A stretch of 64,000 nt of DNA from assembly GCA_963693365.1 (NCBI GenBank), contig CAVNZM010000010.1, positions 4,524,159 through 4,588,158 on the forward strand, read 5' to 3'. The first letter of the stretch is position 1. Each line of letters starts with the position of its first letter. Made by a program: the position numbers and the translations under genes. Positions 1 to 21,965 of this stretch are shown here, piece by piece. The notes beneath the pieces are model-generated. The model was given only the letters and a program-made list of their open reading frames with translations. It had not been told where the DNA came from and searched no databases. This stretch comes from Amoebidium appalachense (lineage: Eukaryota; Protista; Ichthyosporea).

Positions 1-239
1 TATAACACGGCCCGTCTGCGTCTGGCGGAGTGGTACCACCGTGGCATTGACCTTTCCCTCGCTTCTATGAACTTGACTCAACTGTTCATGTGTGCACAAG
101 TGCGCCTGCTGTTCAAGATGGCCGTGACTGGCAGTTGCAAACGTACCGTAATATTTTTATATTTTTATAATGACTTTATTGATATGCTCAGCAAAATAGA
201 AGCCATCGAGATATCACCGATATCTCGGAGAAGAAAATA

Positions 240-1617
240 CAAAAGCCCTCACTCTCGGATACGGAGGAGATAACGACTTAAATAATCATACACCCTAGAA
301 AACTCGTTAAACATACCGTGGTTCAACAGATAGTCAATAGACGTAATATCAGGATTATCTAAATAGGCCAGTCTTCTAATTTCTAAGGGAATAATCTGGG
401 ATAAATAAATACATCTATCTAAGTGTTTACGAGAAAAAGGTTCTGCACAAAAGTGGCACAAACATTTATGGAAACAAAGGTTACAGCGCCAAAATAAAAA
501 ATAAAAAGCTATATCACAAGGAGGGGTTAGAAATGCAAAATCGGTAAGTGTGGTAGGTTTACGAGAGGAAGGATAATTATAAGTAGCTAATTTACACAAC
601 GATTGTAAAGAAAATAGACGAATCTCTAATTAAAAAGAAGCACAGGCTCAAGAGCCCTACCACGATACTCTTTATCACAACGATGAAGCAAAGGATATTG
701 AGTATGAAACCAAGTAACATACTGCTGATAACTAGTAGAAGAGAAAAATAAAGGAGATAAGTTTTTAAAAGGATATCTCGGAATGGGAGAGAGATTGGGG
801 ATAGGACATTGCGCACGAACATCAGAAATGCCGGGAACAGGTGCTAAAGAAGGAAAGAATTGCAACAAAGGATGATAAGAAGTCAAGCCTAACCAAATGA
901 AAACAAAAGCGAAGTCCTAATTCATTCATACGCTGGCGCGCCGGAGGGAGACCAAAAACACTCAGCAAGGGAGCCGCCAAAGGATGCCTACGCGAGGTTC
1001 GGGAAATAAACTGGATGAATTCATGCTGAAAGGAATCGAATTCCCGAAGAGCCACGCGCTGTTGCCGTGGAGGGGCACACAAGAGTAACGGGAGGCCATA
1101 TTCGAAACATGGACGAAGAAAAACTTTATAAAGAGTGAGCAAATTGGCAGGATGAATATTAGAGATATTTGCGAATATTCCTTGATAGATATGTAAACGA
1201 CCACGCGCACGAGAAATGCGCGAAGTCAAAAGGCGCTCAAACCAGATACCCTTAGAGGTGAAAGGAATACCTGAATGTTAATAGTCATAGGAGGACACGA
1301 TTGGGATAGGTTGGTTGTTCAGAGTGTACTGTGCATTGGAAGAAAAGGTGCCGCATTTATCTATCCCAATTTTCATGAAATTTCGGAAACACCAGTCATC
1401 TACTCGAGAAAGTCAAGCACATGTTATTCATGATAGAAGGATCGTGCTGTCGTGAGTGACTAAGACAATATCATCAGCGAAAAAAAGGCCGGAGACACGA
1501 GAGTCGCCGGCAACTGGAAATTGTTGAATTTCTACCGCTAAGTCGTCAATAAAGACATCAAAGAGAAGGGGACTCAAAAGTGAACCCTGTAAAAGGCCTC
1601 GAGTACGATTGAATCGT
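240..1617 (-). mobile_element. Degenerate, 5'-truncated non-LTR (LINE-like) retrotransposon: reverse transcriptase C-terminal half plus C-terminal Cys/His knuckle
   Basis: Minus strand 1615->1450 reads FNRTRGLLQGSLLSPLLFDVFIDDL...VSGLFFADDIVLV (RT 'GxxQGxxLSPxLF' and 'F/YADD' motifs). ORF 822-1229 has LYKVFLRPCFEYG (typical non-LTR post-RT segment). ORF 249-599 has CHFCAEPFSRKHLDRC (CCHC-like). The frame is broken into several ORFs, and AATAAA lies on the minus strand at ~175-180. Confidence 0.88.
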
Positions 1618-3651
1618 TACTCAGTACCCCATTCACAACGGCAGCCCCATGGGTGCGGTCAAATAACGCCTGAAGTTGCCAACCATGAGCAGTTCACTTT
1701 CAATGGGAAACTGAATTTCCAGTTTCCCCCTGAATGCCATAGAGGGCTATGGGGATTACTCGCGGCCGGAGGCGGGCCGGCCGGCCGGGAACAGCAGAGC
1801 GCCGGGACATAACGTTGGATATGGTTACCCGGCACTATATAGGTGCACGAAGCGCGCGTCAGAATAAAGAAATACCACATGTAGCTTACCATTAACTTTT
1901 TTCCCTGTTCAACCTCTTCTAATGGCCAAGTATCTACAGCCGGGGGTGTTTCAACTTATGCGACGCCAGAATGACGAGTCTTGGGCTCTTTGGTCTAGCG
2001 GGACGTGGGTGCTTTTCGGGAAAACAACGTGATTGGCCGCTGCTCGGTGAACCAGTCACTATGAACCAATCAGAACAAGGGATCTAGCGAGCATTGAGCA
2101 TCGGCAATTTTTCCGTTACCGCCGACTCAGTCGAGGGAGAAATAGCTCCATCTAGGTGTATAAGGCTACATGCAGAAAATCCGTTATAAATAGGTTATAA
2201 AAAGCGTATAAAATATAATCAAAAGCGTTTTATATTTACTGTATGCAAAACAACTGAAAATCCGTAAAATGCAAACGACATACCGGTTATTGCAAACAGG
2301 ACACGATCGAGGAAGAGGCTCCATTCAATAGATGCAATCGAGGATCGACGGGGATGGCAGTTGCGCCAAAAACTCAAATAACGAGTCTCACTGATTTCAC
2401 GTGTTTGTACGTTTTTATTATTATAATGACTTAAATTGTACGTTTCTCTCTCGTTTTCATGGCCGTTTACTCCGTGCCCAAAAAAACATGCTTGGTAGGA
2501 AGTAGCAATTCTATTTGAGAATAGTAATATTATTTATAGTTTACTTTATTAGCCTCTTCAGCCATTAAAAATTTTGGAACAGAGAAACGATTTTGCACCC
2601 TCCTCACTTGTTGTTTACCCACCGCCGTGCCCTGTTCTTGTGAGAAATTCAAGAGTTAACCGTGTGTTCGCATCGTGCCAAGCGTCACCACAAAGGGTTT
2701 CTACGCATCTTTGTTACATCGCCAGACATACGTGAGTGTTGGTGTCTATGTAGCAGTATCACGTGCAAGATCTGCCACGTACGTGTATATGAGGTGTTTC
2801 CGCTGATAGCCCCAGAAACCATTTGCCACAACCTCTCTTAGCACACGACAAGTTGACTGTAGATTGTTTCGCAAAAGGGGTTCCTTCTCATTTAAGCACT
2901 TCCCATACATAAAGCAGTAACACCGTTGAGACTACATTTTCGGACAGGTGGACAGAGGGGGTCGAAGCGGAATTCAAGAGAACATGTCTGCTACATAATC
3001 TCACCGAGAAAAGGTTTCTTGAAACAAAAAGCAGCAGGGTTCATACAGATCCTACTTTTGTTAGTGGTTTGTGTTCCGTTGGAAGGGTGCGTTATTGGCA
3101 AACCTTCCAGCAACGGGAGGGCTACACTCGAGCGCGGTTATAAGCATCCTGGCTGAATGGCACCATAAAGTGTCTTCAAGTACGTGTCTAATCCCTGGCC
3201 TGTTCTTTGCCTTTCTGACAGCAGAGGTGATATTAGTGCGTATGTGGTTTAACAACTTCTCTTGTGCATCCTACATGCAGGTGCCTCTCTACCTTCCTGA
3301 CGTTTCTTCTCGTCGTTTGTATAACGCTTCCTGTAGATCTTTGATCATGTTTTAGCTAGCTGCTTCAGTTTGTAGATCCATCCATACCCTTCTATTTTCT
3401 CCATCCTTTACACTTCCCGAACACTATGGTCTCGCACACTGTCTGCCTACACCAATCCTTGGAAGGAAAGATTTCAAAGTTGTGCTTTCCTTGCACTAGA
3501 TAATTAAGCAGGTTTCATTTGGCCCAGCCACGTAGTCGGGTTTCTCATCCTGTATGCACCATACGTTTCCTAATGTTTTTGAGTTCAATTAGCCTGTTAA
3601 CCTTCTGTCTTTTCTCTCTTTTCTGGATGCAGCACTGCCACAGTGGCCAAC

Positions 3652-11385
<7,734 letters not shown>

Positions 11386-11502
11386 TCTTGTGATGGTTGA
11401 ATGATGGGTGTACAGTATGTGCATACACACGGGCACACGTACAGGCCCATAGGCACAAGCACTTTCGGACACAAATATGCATACACAGGCGCGCACACAT
11501 GT

Positions 11503-11594
<92 letters not shown>

Positions 11595-12514
11595 ACACTG
11601 CTCATTCTCATACAACACAAGCACGCAAGCACAACTTGGCCACACTTGTGCATGCACACGAGGGTTATATGATCAAGCGCAATGGAATGAACGGGTGTTG
11701 TTGTAAGAGTATTAACAGTTACTCTGCATGTAGCTATCTTTTGACCGTTTTGACCGTTTTACACGTGTGAATGCCTAATCGAGTACCATGAATTTTTTTA
11801 TGCATAGAAGGTTGCAGCAGGTTGCCTTTAAGATGTGTACATATAAGTCTTAAATCGACTATAATCGAAGTGTAGCGCGGGTTAATCCCATATTCTATCC
11901 TTCGGGAAATATAACACCAGCCCGTTTCTTTGGCCTTTTAGAAGTTTTGTTCAGACGGCCTGTGTCACCTTTTGTAATTGCAGGCGTAGCGTTATTTGTT
12001 GTCATGGAAACGTAGTGACTGCTTGCGGCAGTTTGATTATAGCTGTTATAAAACATATGCAGATGATGGATATTCGAGATAATTGCGGTGAAGGTATGTA
12101 ATAATCATTCAGGTGGATCAAGCAAAAAAATTAATGGTTATCAATAAAAGAGGTATGCATGTGCAGTACTCCCGGCTGGCAGTCTTACTTAAACATGTAC
12201 GTACGTGTATGTTCAGAAAATTGAAGTGTGTTGATTCAACATAACGATCCCCCCCCCTCCCCCTCCCTCCCCCTCCCCCCCCCCCCCTCCCCCCATTTAA
12301 AAAAAAAATTAAAAAATAAAAAATAATCAACCTATGCACGCAACAGAATTAGTACATCTACATTAACACATGGAAAACATGCATGATGTAAGGGCCATTG
12401 GAACCCCTTGTCACTGAATGGGTTTCGTGGCTCCTGTGACAAGCAGAAAGTTGGGTGTGGGGGGGGGGGGGGGGGGGGGAGGGATGGGGGGGGATGGGGG
12501 GGGGATGGGGGGAT

Positions 12515-12553
<39 letters not shown>

Positions 12554-12623
12554 AACAGGGGGAAGGAGAGCGCCGGAGACAGAGAGGGACGGAGATGGAG
12601 GGTGAGAAAGAGAGGGAGACTAT

Positions 12624-12672
<49 letters not shown>

Positions 12673-13264
12673 GGAGAGAGAATGAGAGAATGAGAGATAG
12701 AAAGAAATACAGAGAGCGTCGGAGAGACAGAGAGAGAGAGGAGAGAGTCTGACTCGGGGGGGGAGAGAGAGAGAGAAAGGGAGAGTGAGGGAGGGGGGAA
12801 GGGGGGGGGGGGGGGGGAGAGAGAGAGCGGGGAGAGAGAGAAAAAGAGATAGCTAGAGAGAGAGGGCCGGGGGGGAGGGGGAAGAGCGCAGAGAGGAAGA
12901 GAGGAGAGAGAAAGAGAGAGAGATGGAGAGAGAGAGGGGGGGGGGGGGGAGGGGGGGGGGGGGGATAGAGAGAGGGATAGAGTGAGTGAGAGACAGCCAC
13001 TTGCTGCGCAGTGACACTCATAACCCCCCCCCCCCCCCCCCCCCCGTGCCCTTCCCCTTCTACACATCCTATGGCCCACGCATCCCCTTTGCCCCCCCTC
13101 TCCCGCCCCCTCTCCTCCCCCCCCCCCCCCCCCAAAAAAAAAAAAAAAAAATGCTTGCAATACCCCCCGTCCTCCCCCCTCCCCCAGCAGGCCTATCCCC
13201 TCACACACCTCTTTCCTATGCAGCTAGTCATGATCTGCAGCCTCTCCTCCTCCCCTCCCCCCCG

Positions 13265-13301
<37 letters not shown>

Positions 13302-13554
13302 CGTCCCCCTGCAGTCATGACCCACCCACACCCACCTCCCAAACTTCATTCAATCTAGGACAAAACAGAGGTTGTGCAACTCCTTTTTCAGTTTGGGTTG
13401 GGTTGGGTTGGTTGGGTTGGTTGGAGGAGGGGGAGAAGGGGGGAGGGGGGGGGGGGGGGGGGGGGGGGAGGGGGGGGGGGGGGGGCTTATATCGTCTAAC
13501 CGGATTGGCTGTAGTCACTGAGCATGAAGCAGGAGCCGCTTTGATACTATGTTT

Positions 13555-13588
<34 letters not shown>

Positions 13589-14598
13589 AGAAAAAAAGAA
13601 AGAGAGCTGCTGGAATGCATACAGCCAGCACTACCGCCACATGCTGAAAGCCTTAAGGGAGTGGGTCGTCTAGAAACTTCTGGGACCGTTGAGAATATTC
13701 TTTCGGAATCACAAAATTAGCTAATCATTTTGCAAGTGTGTGGTTTATGTGCGTGTATAACAGTGAATGTGAGTGCTAGCCTTTGGTGTTTGGATGGGTT
13801 TTTACTTTTCCGGGAGTGTTGTGTTATCGTCCGACGTTGGGGGGGCGGGGGGAGGGGAGGCGGGGGGGAGGGTTGATCTTTTGAGCCCAAGACTTTCATA
13901 AACGATTTTTGACATCATTTCGTGAAATTCAAAATCAACTGAACGGCAACAACACGTGGGCTACTTAGAACCATATCTGTTTTAAATTTCCATTATAGGT
14001 TGTGTGTCACGTTCTATCGATCATGGTGTTCATGTGATCACTATGCGATACAGTTGAACTTGAGGGTTAAAGCATAGCTGCGATATATATCTGTGCAGTA
14101 CTGAGCGTGCATAGTATGTTACTATTCTTGGACACTGGGTTTCCTTATATGGGTGCAAATCCCGCCATTTGATTCGATGCAGGTAGCTGTGCTGTCCTTG
14201 CAAAATTTTTGTCAAAGTAACCCGGGTTTATATAACAAGGTTATAACTTCTTAACAATATTGGTGTACGTACACACTCGACAGCCTCCCCAATATGGAAA
14301 TATGGAGTGTTGAGGCTGGAATCTGATTGGTGCACGGACCAAATATGCATACTGAAACTGAATGGGGGTTCGAGTTACTCAAGAACTAGATGCAATGTCT
14401 GAAGGCCGACTAATCGGTCGCCGTCGTTTACGTTTCGTAATCTGCTCCACCATCCCCCCCCCCCCCCCCCCCCCCAGCACACCCGCCCTCCCCCTCCCCC
14501 CCCCCCTCCCCCCCCCCCCCCCCCCCCCCCCCGCTCCCCTCCACGCCCTTAACACACACATACACACATGCACACTCGCGTGCACACGCGTGCGCGCG

Positions 14599-14643
<45 letters not shown>

Positions 14644-14686
14644 AAACACAACACTGTCACAAACAGAGAGAGAGAGATATATATAT

Positions 14687-14753
<67 letters not shown>

Positions 14754-15395
14754 CATAAACCTGCAACTCTACCATTACAAATTGGGACATCAATTAATTC
14801 AGAGGAAAAATTAGTGGGGGGGAAGGGGAGAAGAATGGGGGGCGGGGGGAGGGGGGGTTTGCTGGGGAAGGAGGAGAGGAAGCTTGAAGGTGAGCCTCGG
14901 GGGCAAAGGGAATGTAGAACCATTTCGAGGATGGGGGGGGTTTCGAATATTATATCATTATTCCATCATCGAAGACATATTTTCGAAAATAATATAGTAG
15001 TAGTTGGGTGCCGGGCTGAATGCAGAAAAAGTTTAAAGTCTGGAATTCCCCCCCCCCCCCCCCCCCCGGCGGTCATTTAAACCGCGTGCAAGAGATTAAG
15101 AGAGTCGAAACCCGAGTTCCCTTGTGATAAAAAAGGAACACCCGTGGTGATAGGCTCCACTGTTTAAGCATCCCCTGCCTGCACGTTTGGAGTTCGTCTT
15201 TTGACCTATTGTTTTTGGTATTTTTTTGATGTGTCTGCTTCCGCGGTTGCCAAACTTTCATGCCCCCCCCCCCCCCCCCCCCCCCCCCCTCCCCTATCGG
15301 ATGATTAGGCTATTAGTCGCATGTGTATCCCTTATATTTTGTAATACATTATACCCCCCCCCCCCCCACACACACAAAAAAAAAAAAAAAAAAAG

Positions 15396-15826
15396 GAGCG
15401 CCTGGGGGTATCAACCAGTTGGGCTATTTCATCGGCAAGGGCACGGTGACGGTAACCGTTGGGAAAGCGGCAATGTAGGCACTGGTCTATGTGTCGTGCT
15501 ACTCCATGGTGGCAGTCACATATGTGAGTGTGTTGTGGGGGAGTCTCGGGGGGGGGGGGGGGGGGGGGGGGTGTGTGTGTGTGTGGGGGGGGGGGGGGGA
15601 GGGAGGGGGATGGGGGGAAGGTCTGTGTGTGTGTGTGTGTGTGTGTGGGGGGGGGGGGGGGTGGGGAGGGAGGAATTGTATCTGTGTGTGTGTGTCGGGG
15701 GGAAGCCGGGGCGGGGGGGGGGGGGGGGGGTCTGTTTTTTTGTGTTTGTTTCTTGTTTTGGGGGGTTGAGGGAGGCCGGTGGGGGAGGGGGTTGTTTGTG
15801 TGTGTGTGTGAGACTGTGTGTGTGAG

Positions 15827-15868
<42 letters not shown>

Positions 15869-17466
15869 ACAGTGTGTGTGTGTGTCACGTGTGTGCGTGT
15901 GTTTGTGAGTATGTGCGCGCGCATGCGTGCGTGTGTGTATGTCATATGTGTGTGTGTGTGTGCATATGTTAAATTGCAAGTGTGTGTGTGTGGGTGGGTG
16001 GCAGGGGTAATGTGCCGGTGTGTGTAATCTTGTGTGTATGCATTGTGTTTCAAGCGACTGAGCACCTGGGATACCGTTAATCTGTCTGAGGCCTGTCTGT
16101 GCCATTCACAGCTTGTGCGTCCATGCATGTGAGCTTGCTTTTGTACTGTACCGTTGTATATGTGCACCCCACCCCTCCACCCTTGTTCTCGAGCTCCTCC
16201 CCCCCTCCCCCCCCCCCAGAGTCTCCCCCTCCCCCCTCCCCCCGGGGCCGCGCCTTGCCCCTACCCTATCCTCCGGCTTCCCCCATCCCCCCCCCCCCCC
16301 CAACACCTACCCCCCGCCCCCCTCCCCTCCCCCCCCCCCCATCCATACCCCCCCCCCCCCCTTCCCCCCCTCCCCCCCCGGCCAAAAAAAAAAAAGACAG
16401 AAGGGGAAAAACAAACCAAAACACCGCCTCTACCACCTTTGTTTCACTCTCTCTAATGTGTACTTCACGCTCAGCACATTCTACCCCCCCCCCCCCCCCC
16501 CCCCCCCACCTTTCCCTTCCCTACCTCAGGTGCCGTTATGGCGTCAGCATATCACCACCTACGCAAGGCTCCATGCTACAATGTGGCCATGCAGGGATTT
16601 ACTCAGCGTGTTTTTTCAATCACCTATGACCCAGTGCACGTTGGTGTTCTCATCCCCACCTTGGTAACTCAACCCTGGCCCCCCCCCCCCCCTCCCCCAA
16701 CAAAAAAACAAAACAATAGCATACATTCAGGAGCCCGGTATTCTAACATTAAATAGAAGAATTAGTGTGCAAGATTGACCCGCATTAATTTGACCATCCC
16801 CGCAAATGTGATATTTTGAGTTTCTTGAATGCCTGTCGACTCTGAGGCTGGTCAAGGACATAAGTATCCGACTGGCATCTGCACACCTGTCTAAAGCCCC
16901 CCCCCCCCCCCCCCCCTCCCCCCCTCCCCCCCCCCCCCCTCCCCTAATTGCCCCTTCCCCCTCCCCCTCCCCCCCCCTGGATACCGACCATTCTCAATTC
17001 ATTTACATATAGCCTCCCGTCCATGCGCCCAGAGGGAGATAGACTGAGCTTCAAGGACTCTAGTAGAGATTTCTAACAATGATCACTCCCAACCACGCGG
17101 GGCCCACCAACACCTCCCATCACACACAACACGCACACACACCGTCATGCGGCATGCACGCACACACCGTGACACACTCTGACACACACACACACACACA
17201 CACACTGTACACACACACACACACGTGCGCACATACACACGCACACACCGTGGCACACACCCACACAAGCACCCTTGCGTCGGAAGGACACACACACACA
17301 CACACACACACCCACACACACACACACAAACACACAGGGCCAGGACACCTTCTGGTCGGACATCGGGGTGATGTTTGGCATTTGTTGTTGTTGTTGTCTT
17401 CCATCTGCCAATCGGATTGTGTTTACTGCACTCATTCTTATGGACAGAGCAAACTTTGAGCGCTGA
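15396..17466 (+). pseudogene. Probable pseudogene fragment of an ABCG-type ABC transporter (C-terminal transmembrane domain)
   Basis: Exon-like blocks with AG/GT borders. 15396-15523: GGINQLGYFIGKGT...AM*ALVYVSCYSMVAVTY, with in-frame TAG at 15476, resembling the ABCG 'RE-x-x-G-x-x-x-x-AYF-x-AK...LVY' segment. 16530-16663: VPLW.../...AMQGFTQRVFSITYDPVHVGVLIPTL, needing a frameshift. 17338-17466: [15 protein letters not shown]...[19 protein letters not shown], an ABCG-like C-terminus. Family assignment is by eye, and no ATPase domain was seen. Confidence 0.5.
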
Positions 17467-18516
17467 AATCTTATAACAAATAAGTTAAATAAGTCTATAT
17501 CGATAAAACTTTGTCTGGTGTATTGTTTGTTCGACTTCGTCTCCCCCCTTAGTCAGTCAGTCTTCTTTCTCTCTCCCTTTTATTGACGCATTTTGACCAG
17601 GATCACTGCAAACATGAAATGGTGGAATGCCATTATTAGGCATCATCATGATAGCACGTGGTGTTTGTGTTCCATCATGATGGCACGTGGTGTTTGTGTT
17701 CCATGTAGTGCTATTACTAACTACAATATTCGAATCGGTTTTAGGCATACAGTAACAGTTACTATGACGAGATAGTTATGGCTATTGCTACGACAATTGG
17801 CCATGACGGGCGAAGCCCTTGTGTGCGCACATGCAAAAATACTTATGTAATGAGAATATGTGTTTCTAGATGGCCGTGGAATCTGTACACGTCTCGCAGA
17901 TTACTCAGTGACTTTTTAGCCGGGTTCACTGATTTCACACCATCCTACCCCGTCAGGGTTCGAATTTGGTTTAAAAGGCGTCGTATCTACGTATACCACG
18001 ACAAACACTGCGACCTCATTACAGAAAGCAATTGAAAGTCATTTGTTGATAATGGATGATGGAAAAAAAGGGCCTGTGTGCAGGAAAAATACGACATGAT
18101 GGTTATGCATGGTATCTAAAAAAAAATCAAATTCGATAACCTTTTAGGTACGATCAAAATTTTCGAACGCTGATTTTATGGAAAACTGGGTGACGTCACG
18201 TTGATCTTGACGGGACTATGGGTAACGCAAGATGAAGTCAACATAGAGTCTTGAAATGTAGACTATTTTTTTTGGCAAAAGCTTAAGTTTTGTGGATGAT
18301 GCGTGACGTCAGGGGCCGCCGAAAACTGACCAGGAAGGGGCTTGCCCAAAACATGATAAACATAGGTTTGACGAGGCCAGCCTGCACTGCTGGCTAAAAG
18401 TATACTATAACTAGCACTTGAAATGGGTCCAACTAGTACTTGAAATGGAAGTAAGTGTTTGCGAGGGGTATTAACATTAACAGCTGGGTAGCCTGAGTTA
18501 GACGTGTCTGTGTCGT

Positions 18517-18575
<59 letters not shown>

Positions 18576-18978
18576 AGGCCCCAAGGCCATACGGCCATAT
18601 CACCCCGCGCGCACTGACACCACTGCTCCCCTCGTCATGTGGCATAAAACATATAATACAGCATATTCGTCGGCCTCTCGCCCGATACAATAATCTCTCG
18701 ACACTGGCACTGTGAGTGCTTTATCTCACACTTTCTCCCGTAATACACTGCCAGTACTATAATATAGCATCATGATCAACGCTAGTGAACTTCGCTGTAG
18801 CCAAGTTACAGAATTCATCGATTCGCTTGGTAGCTACTAGCTGTGACGTATACATATATCATGATGTACTCCCAATACCCCCCCCCCAGATTCTCCCTGT
18901 CCTTCACCCCCCACCCCCCCTTCCCATCTCTGTCTCTCTGTCTCTCTCGCTCTCTCTGTCTCTCTCGTCTCTCGCTCT

Positions 18979-19017
<39 letters not shown>

Positions 19018-19105
19018 CCTCCCTCCCTCCCTCCCTCCCTCCCTCTCTCTCGAGCTCTCTCTCCCTGCTCTCCCTATCTCTTTCTCTCTCTCTCTCTCTC
19101 AGGCA

Positions 19106-19144
<39 letters not shown>

Positions 19145-19155
19145 GATCTCAGGCA

Positions 19156-19200
<45 letters not shown>

Positions 19201-19223
19201 GCTGATTCTCTCTCTCTCTCTCT

Positions 19224-19261
<38 letters not shown>

Positions 19262-19939
19262 CCCCCCCCCCCCCCCCCCCCCCGTTATTTTGTGCATAAC
19301 CGAGTGGTACCTAACTATAACAGAGCTGTGCACAGGCTGTACGTGGGCTTATCACTTCTTGTGAGACATCGACCTTCATGCCCGCACGGTCGGGCAAGCT
19401 CGAGGTTAATGACATCTATCTAGCACGAGAGCCAATCACAATCTAACTTCTGCACCGTATGCATATGCATACCAGACATTAAAACCGCGGGACTCTGAAG
19501 CCGAAAAAAATTGACGTGTGTGTAGCTCGTGTGTGTACAGCACACCGGCCCAACTTGACGTCCCAATTTAAGCTGGAGCATGGGTGCCACCGTCGACGTG
19601 GAATAGAGTTTTGAGGACGAACGTCCGATTCTTTTCCGACAGTGCACTGAATTCAGAAATTTGTAGCAGTACTCCTCCTCGTAATGGGTGTGCGATACGA
19701 AATTTTGTACGCCGTGCACAACTTGTTTCGATAAAAAGAAGGGACGGTTAGACAGCAAGAGTGCGAAAAACACGAACGCCTTGACAGGACAAACAGCATG
19801 ATTATGCATACGAGTACTAGTGACTGTGTACGTAGGCAGGCAGGACTCCTGCAAAACGCTAACGTCGTCACAGAAACTTTGAAACGCAACAGTTAGTACG
19901 CGTACGCGTTAGCCCTACGGAAATGACTCCCTGTGACCT

Positions 19940-19976
<37 letters not shown>

Positions 19977-20577
19977 TCAGATGCATATGCATGCCGCGGG
20001 CGACGTCGATCGCGACAGCGTGCCAAATTTTTTAAATTGAATGCGTCCGTTGCATACCAATCAGATTCCAATTCCACAAATGACATACCTGAGGATAAAG
20101 CCAAGCACTGGCTAGTGGTTATAACATAACCCTCAGTACAGTATGTGGGGGTAAGGTCCGTTTTTTCAGGGGAGATCTAGACAATCACGAATCATTTATG
20201 ACATACTGCGTGAGTCAGCGCCCTCTCTAGAGTATGTACCACCAGAGAGAGCCTCCTGAGCACACAAGACACGTGAGACACTGAGACACAACACGTTTGC
20301 GCGTCTTACGATACAGAACAATGCAGGGCCAATGAGCTACAGCAAGCCTGATAAATCTATCCAAAGCAGACAATCCACGGACATGCGCGTTATCACTTTG
20401 TACACACAACGGTGTACCGCCGAGTGAGGCCGCGAGTCCGTGACGATCACACGTGGATAGGGAGAGACGTGTACAAAGAGACAGAGAGAGAAATTTAAAA
20501 AGGGAAGAGAAAGGAGAAATGGGAAAGGAAGAAGAGAGGGAGAAAAGAGAGGGGAGAGGACATGACACACATATATA

Positions 20578-21014
20578 AGGGATTTTACCGAAAAATTTGA
20601 CCTAAAGTTTTTAAAGAGTTTTTTCATGTTTTTTCGTATTCGCTTGAGCAGATCAAACTGTTTTGCTGGTATCTCAGTATACGCGCTACCACCTACAGAG
20701 GCGGTGTCTCCTTTCTTTCTTTTTTTTTTTTTTTTTTTTTAAAAAAAAATACTTAAAAGGGACGCCTGAGTAGATGTTAAAACGTCGCACGTGCGGCAAC
20801 ACGTCAGTACGTGTTATTGTAGCTATACGCGTGTGCAGGGGGTATAACAACACACTAACTGTGAAAACTTGGGGCATTTTGGTTGAACGGTTCCCAAGTT
20901 ATTACATTTTTAAATTCTTGAAACGTGCATAACGTTATGCTCAAACCTGCATAACGTTATACAATTTTACTTAGTAAATGTAAATTTGCCTCCAAAAAAT
21001 TCGTTAAAGTGCCT
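20578..21014. mobile_element. ~437-bp MITE with imperfect TIRs and TA target duplication (Tc1/mariner-type)
   Basis: Left end TA|AGGGATTTTACCGAAAAATTTG. The right end reverse-complements to TA|AGGCACTTTAACGAATTTTTTG. The paralogous copy at ~21825-21850 (catgacacatatatatatgcatgcacaagg) shows the empty site. Confidence 0.65.
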
Positions 21015-21047
21015 TATATGCATGCACAAGGCTAAACACTACAGGAA

Positions 21048-21086
<39 letters not shown>

Positions 21087-21214
21087 CCCCATCCCCCCAT
21101 CCCCCCCCCCCCCCCCCCCCTTCCCCCGGGACCCTCCGGACCCCTTATGTGTTTTTTCCATATCTACGAGCCAGTGCACGATGGTGTTCTCATCCCCACC
21201 TTGGTAACTCAACC

Positions 21215-21270
<56 letters not shown>

Positions 21271-21965
21271 AAAAAAACAAAACAAAACAAAAAAAAAAAC
21301 AAAAAAAAAACAAACAAACAATAGCATACATTCAGGAGTTGTCGCACACGGTAGGCTAACTTTAAATAGAAGAATTAGTGTGCAAGATTGACCCGCATTT
21401 TGACCACCCCCGGCGCAAATGTAATATTTTGAGTTTCCTGGATGCCTGTCGACTCTGAGGCTGGTCAAGGACATATATCCGACTGGCATCTGCACACCTG
21501 TGTAAAGGACCCCCCCCCCTCCCCTCCCCCCCCCCCATCCCCCCCCTCCCCTCATTGCCCCTTCCCCCCCCCCCCCCCTCCCCCTCCCCCCCCCCCTGGA
21601 TACCCCAAAGCAGACATTTCACGGACATGCACGTTATCACTTTGTACACACAACGGTGTATTAATATATATATACCTCCTCGCGAGTGAGGCCGCGAGTC
21701 CGTGACGATCACACGCGGATAGGGAGAGACATGTACCGAGCCTGAGAAAGAGATAGAGAAATTTGAGGGAAGCGAAAGGAGAAATGGGAAAGGAAGATGA
21801 GAGGGAGAAAAGAGAAGGGAGAGAACATGACACATATATATATGCATGCACAAGGCTAAACACTTGCAGGAACCCCCCCCCCCCCCCCCCCCTCCCCATC
21901 CCCCCCCCCTCCCCCCTCCCCCATCCCCCCCCCCCCCCCCCCCCCCCCCCCCGGGACCCCTCCCC
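21015..21965 (+). repeat. Mosaic duplication of local segments (copies of 16600-16985, 20360-20577 and 21015-21140)
   Basis: ~21150-21604 matches ~16608-16985 (ccagtgcacg..ggtgttctcatccccaccttggtaactcaaccctg; aaatagaagaattagtgtgcaagattgacccgcat; gcctgtcgactctgaggctggtcaaggacata). ~21605-21840 matches ~20361-20577. ~21838-21960 matches ~21015-21140. Confidence 0.85.
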
